Positions 43,982 to 46,362 of a DNA stretch of 46,362 nt are shown here, in pieces. Position numbers and translations under genes: made by a program. Position 1 is the stretch's first letter. The number at the start of each line of letters is the position of its first letter. The DNA is from a virus (lineage: Duplodnaviria > Caudoviricetes), in the IMG/VR virus record IMGVR_UViG_3300022217_000001, positions 1 through 46,362 of that record; one strand, written 5' to 3'. The notes below the pieces were generated by a model. The model searched no databases and was not told where the DNA came from. It saw only the letters and a program-made list of their open reading frames with translations.

Positions 43982-44308
43982 TTAATCCCTCGGAATTTCA
44001 AGTATCATCTTCATTCCATGCTCACCAACCAGTTTTACAAGCGTTTCTCTTAGACCCATGCCGGTAGGGTAAATTGTTTCCCCTTCTATCCACTCCACGC
44101 CTTCGATTTCAATTGTTTCTACTATTGGGTTGTTATTGTCTTTCTCCCATTGTTCAAAGACCTTGACATCATTAAATACGCATTCACCGCAGAAAACCTC
44201 TAAACAAGCTGAGGCTCCCTGAATTTCACCGCACTTTTCATCCATACGTGCTCGCGAATCAATGCTATACCTATACTCCGGCACCTTTAGCCCTTTATAT
44301 GTATTCAT
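43982..44308 (-). CDS. Hypothetical protein
   Basis: ATGA-coupled ORF; C..C..C motif. Confidence 0.55.
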   Translation of the reverse strand: MNTYKGLKVPEYRYSIDSRARMDEKCGEIQGASACLEVFCGECVFNDVKVFEQWEKDNNNPIVETIEIEGVEWIEGETIYPTGMGLRETLVKLVGEHGMKMILEIPRD

Positions 44309-44541
44309 TTTGAGTCCTTTGGGGGATATATTGGCTTCCAATGAGTTACATTATAATCATGTGATAACTCAGATAAATAAGCCCCTAAATCCCATACTCT
44401 CCACATACAATCACTCTCAATAACTCTTATCAACACATCTTGCCTATCAACTTTTTTATTCCAATGCCTAAAATTGCAAAGGACTGGAGTATGTATTTCC
44501 GGCAATCTATCTTCAACACTTATCCATTCTCTCTCTTCCAT
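44305..44541 (-). CDS. DUF551 domain protein
   Basis: WISVEDRLP...VTHWKP. Confidence 0.8.
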   Translation of the reverse strand: MEEREWISVEDRLPEIHTPVLCNFRHWNKKVDRQDVLIRVIESDCMWRVWDLGAYLSELSHDYNVTHWKPIYPPKDSK

Positions 44542-44544
44542 TAT

Positions 44545-44859
44545 TCACACTCCTTTTGAGTCCTTTGGGGGATCTGGAAGAGGTTGCCAGTGAGTGACTT
44601 CTCCTGCTGAATTATGAAACATATCATACCATCTCACTAGTACAGGCCATTGATTATCACACCATCCTTGCCTAACCCCATATTTATTTTCGCTATACAA
44701 TATAACTTCCTGATCTGCTTTCGGTAGCTCATCATGGACACTTATCCAGTCTCTCTCAATAGATAATTCTTTGATTGCAAGCTCTATCGTTCCCCTGCAA
44801 CAGTCATGGTCATCAGCCATGTGTTTTAATCCGTTTATTAACTCTTCTCTCTCTTCCAT
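44545..44859 (-). CDS. DUF551 domain protein
   Basis: WISVHDELP...VTHWQPLPDPP. Confidence 0.85.
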   Translation of the reverse strand: MEEREELINGLKHMADDHDCCRGTIELAIKELSIERDWISVHDELPKADQEVILYSENKYGVRQGWCDNQWPVLVRWYDMFHNSAGEVTHWQPLPDPPKDSKGV

Positions 44860-45035
44860 TATTCACGCTCCCAATAGCTCTCAAAGCCAATTAATTCTTC
44901 CCCCTTGCCCCAGATAGTCATTGAAAAACAAGCTAAGTCTATTTCAAAACAAATCCCATTCAGTGTTGGAGAATATATCGTAAAACCAATACCGAACGAT
45001 CTAACAAGTTTAAATGTAATTTTGTGTGTGTTCAT
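44859..45035 (-). CDS. 58-aa hypothetical protein
   Basis: Manual translation MNTHKITFKLVRSFGIG...; GGAGG RBS; TAATG coupling. Confidence 0.55.
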   Translation of the reverse strand: MNTHKITFKLVRSFGIGFTIYSPTLNGICFEIDLACFSMTIWGKGEELIGFESYWERE

Positions 45036-45257
45036 TTAGCTATCCTCCTTTAATAGCAATTTCAATCTATTTGCAGCCTCTGACAATACAAGATCAGCGT
45101 CCCTATCACATTCTGCTGGGATTCTCATAGTAAATTCATTTTCAAAGTTGTTAAGTTTTCTATGTGCCACCGCCCTAGATAACTCCTTTAATCTTTCTAT
45201 CAATACTTCAGTTGGGACTTCTTTACTGCTTTTATATTTTGTACTCATCTTATTCAC
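45036..45257 (-). CDS. Hypothetical protein
   Basis: ORF; MRIPAECDRDADLV. Confidence 0.6.
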   Translation of the reverse strand: MNKMSTKYKSSKEVPTEVLIERLKELSRAVAHRKLNNFENEFTMRIPAECDRDADLVLSEAANRLKLLLKEDS

Positions 45258-45341
45258 GCTCCCTGAGGCAGTCTGAGGGTAGCTCCCTGCTTTGTATTAA
45301 ATATGCTAAAGTAGCTGCATCAGATTCCATCTTCCCTCTCT

Positions 45342-45656
45342 TTATTTAATTACCCAAGATATGAACCAGACAACGACAATTATAATCTCCGCCAACAATA
45401 ACTTAATAGTTATTTTCTGGTTATCAAGGCTCTCCCTTCGGCACTTTTTGATATCCTTCTTTTCATCAATAGAAACTATGTATTCTTGCGCTCTCAGTTC
45501 CATAATCCTGTTTTCTATTTTTGTCTTTCTTTCAATAGACTTAATATATTCTTCAAGTTTATCGTAAGCAATGGTAGTCGGGAATATCCCATACTCATCT
45601 GGATTATCCAGCATTTCACTTATTATATCGCATATTACCTTTCTATGGTTTTCCAT
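45342..45656 (-). CDS. Hypothetical protein with a C-terminal TM helix
   Basis: ISEMLDNPDEYGIFPT; AGGAG RBS. Confidence 0.6.
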   Translation of the reverse strand: MENHRKVICDIISEMLDNPDEYGIFPTTIAYDKLEEYIKSIERKTKIENRIMELRAQEYIVSIDEKKDIKKCRRESLDNQKITIKLLLAEIIIVVVWFISWVIK

Positions 45657-45677
45657 TCAAAATCTCCTGTTTGGGGG

Positions 45678-45923
45678 TTATCTGGCAGGCCGCAAGTCAT
45701 CTGGCTTCCATCCATCACACCCGCTATCATTCCAATCATCTCCGATTGTTATATTAAAACCCCCTGGCAACAATTTGTGGCGGCTTTGTTGAAATTGTAT
45801 TCCTAAAACAACAAACTGCCCTTGCCATTCAGAAGCATATTGATTTGATGGGTCTACCGTTACAGACATTCCCACGTAAAGAGGTTTTCCATGTACTGCC
45901 TCGAATCTTTCAAGGTCATTCAT
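45678..45923 (-). CDS. Hypothetical SH3-like protein
   Basis: ATGA-coupled ORF. Confidence 0.55.
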   Translation of the reverse strand: MNDLERFEAVHGKPLYVGMSVTVDPSNQYASEWQGQFVVLGIQFQQSRHKLLPGGFNITIGDDWNDSGCDGWKPDDLRPAR

Positions 45924-46273
45924 CCTTCCCCCTTCTTCTTGTATTCAAGATTTATAATTTTTGCAGCGTATTCCAACATTTCTGGCATCCATTTCAGGTG
46001 GTGTTCATCTCTTGGATGATGATATTCTTTGGGTATTCCCGGGTCTCTGCAAATGTCATTCTCGACTGCTACTATCACCCCGGCAACTTTTAGGTACTGC
46101 CTTCCACAAGCCAGCCCCACTTCAGCTATCTCCACCCTTTCAATGTTATTGTCCTGCACCGGGGGATTAAAATACCCACATTCCATAGGACAACAACCAT
46201 CGTTATGCTTACAGACTACATGGTGTATACAATCTTCACGTTTTGGTAAAGTGTCCTCTTCAATAATATTCAT
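45920..46273 (-). CDS. Hypothetical Cys-containing protein
   Basis: GGGGAG RBS. Confidence 0.6.
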   Translation of the reverse strand: MNIIEEDTLPKREDCIHHVVCKHNDGCCPMECGYFNPPVQDNNIERVEIAEVGLACGRQYLKVAGVIVAVENDICRDPGIPKEYHHPRDEHHLKWMPEMLEYAAKIINLEYKKKGEG

Positions 46274-46312
46274 GGTTTAGTCTCCCCTTTCATTCTTGAT
46301 ATTATTAGCAAT

Positions 46313-46362
46313 CAATATAAGTAGAATTGCAGTAGGCAGCTTCCAATCACCATCATGAATTA
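46313..46362. repeat. Terminal direct repeat, copy 2
   Basis: Identical to 1-50. Confidence 0.97.

Noticed and set aside
1-46362. Alternative genetic code or stop-codon reassignment
   Set aside because: Core genes are full length under the standard code, and TAA, TAG and TGA all terminate genes.

Overview
This is an apparently complete, circular 46.3-kb tailed phage genome. The first 50 nt recur at 46313-46362, and a 50-aa membrane-protein ORF reads through the junction. It has a contractile-tail (myovirus-type) morphogenesis operon on the minus strand at about 22-43 kb: intein-containing TerL, DUF1073 portal, gpF, DUF2213 protease/scaffold, DUF2184 capsid, DUF3383 sheath, DUF3277 tube, a short tape measure and a baseplate. 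Early genes diverge from a switch near 10.9 kb. Leftward are an iteron-containing initiator, a truncated DnaB helicase and nin-like genes; rightward are two HTH genes, RecT, a YqaJ exonuclease, SSB and a RuvC-like gene. I could not recognise an integrase or an endolysin. The SSB sequence and a sigma-54 promoter with enhancer-like sites suggest a Desulfobacterota-like host (inference). The most striking unexplained signal is a set of five integron attC-like sites, all inverted relative to the small genes they punctuate. Three of them form an array whose cassette ends are complementary, and there is no IntI in the genome. Other notable signals are a run of tail-spike-like proteins that all carry signal peptides, two tRNA-like ncRNAs, a peptide/structured-RNA/terminator module upstream of the head genes, an acr-aca-like moron, and a class 3 intein starting with Leu. 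Family assignments come from motif recognition by eye, not from database searches.
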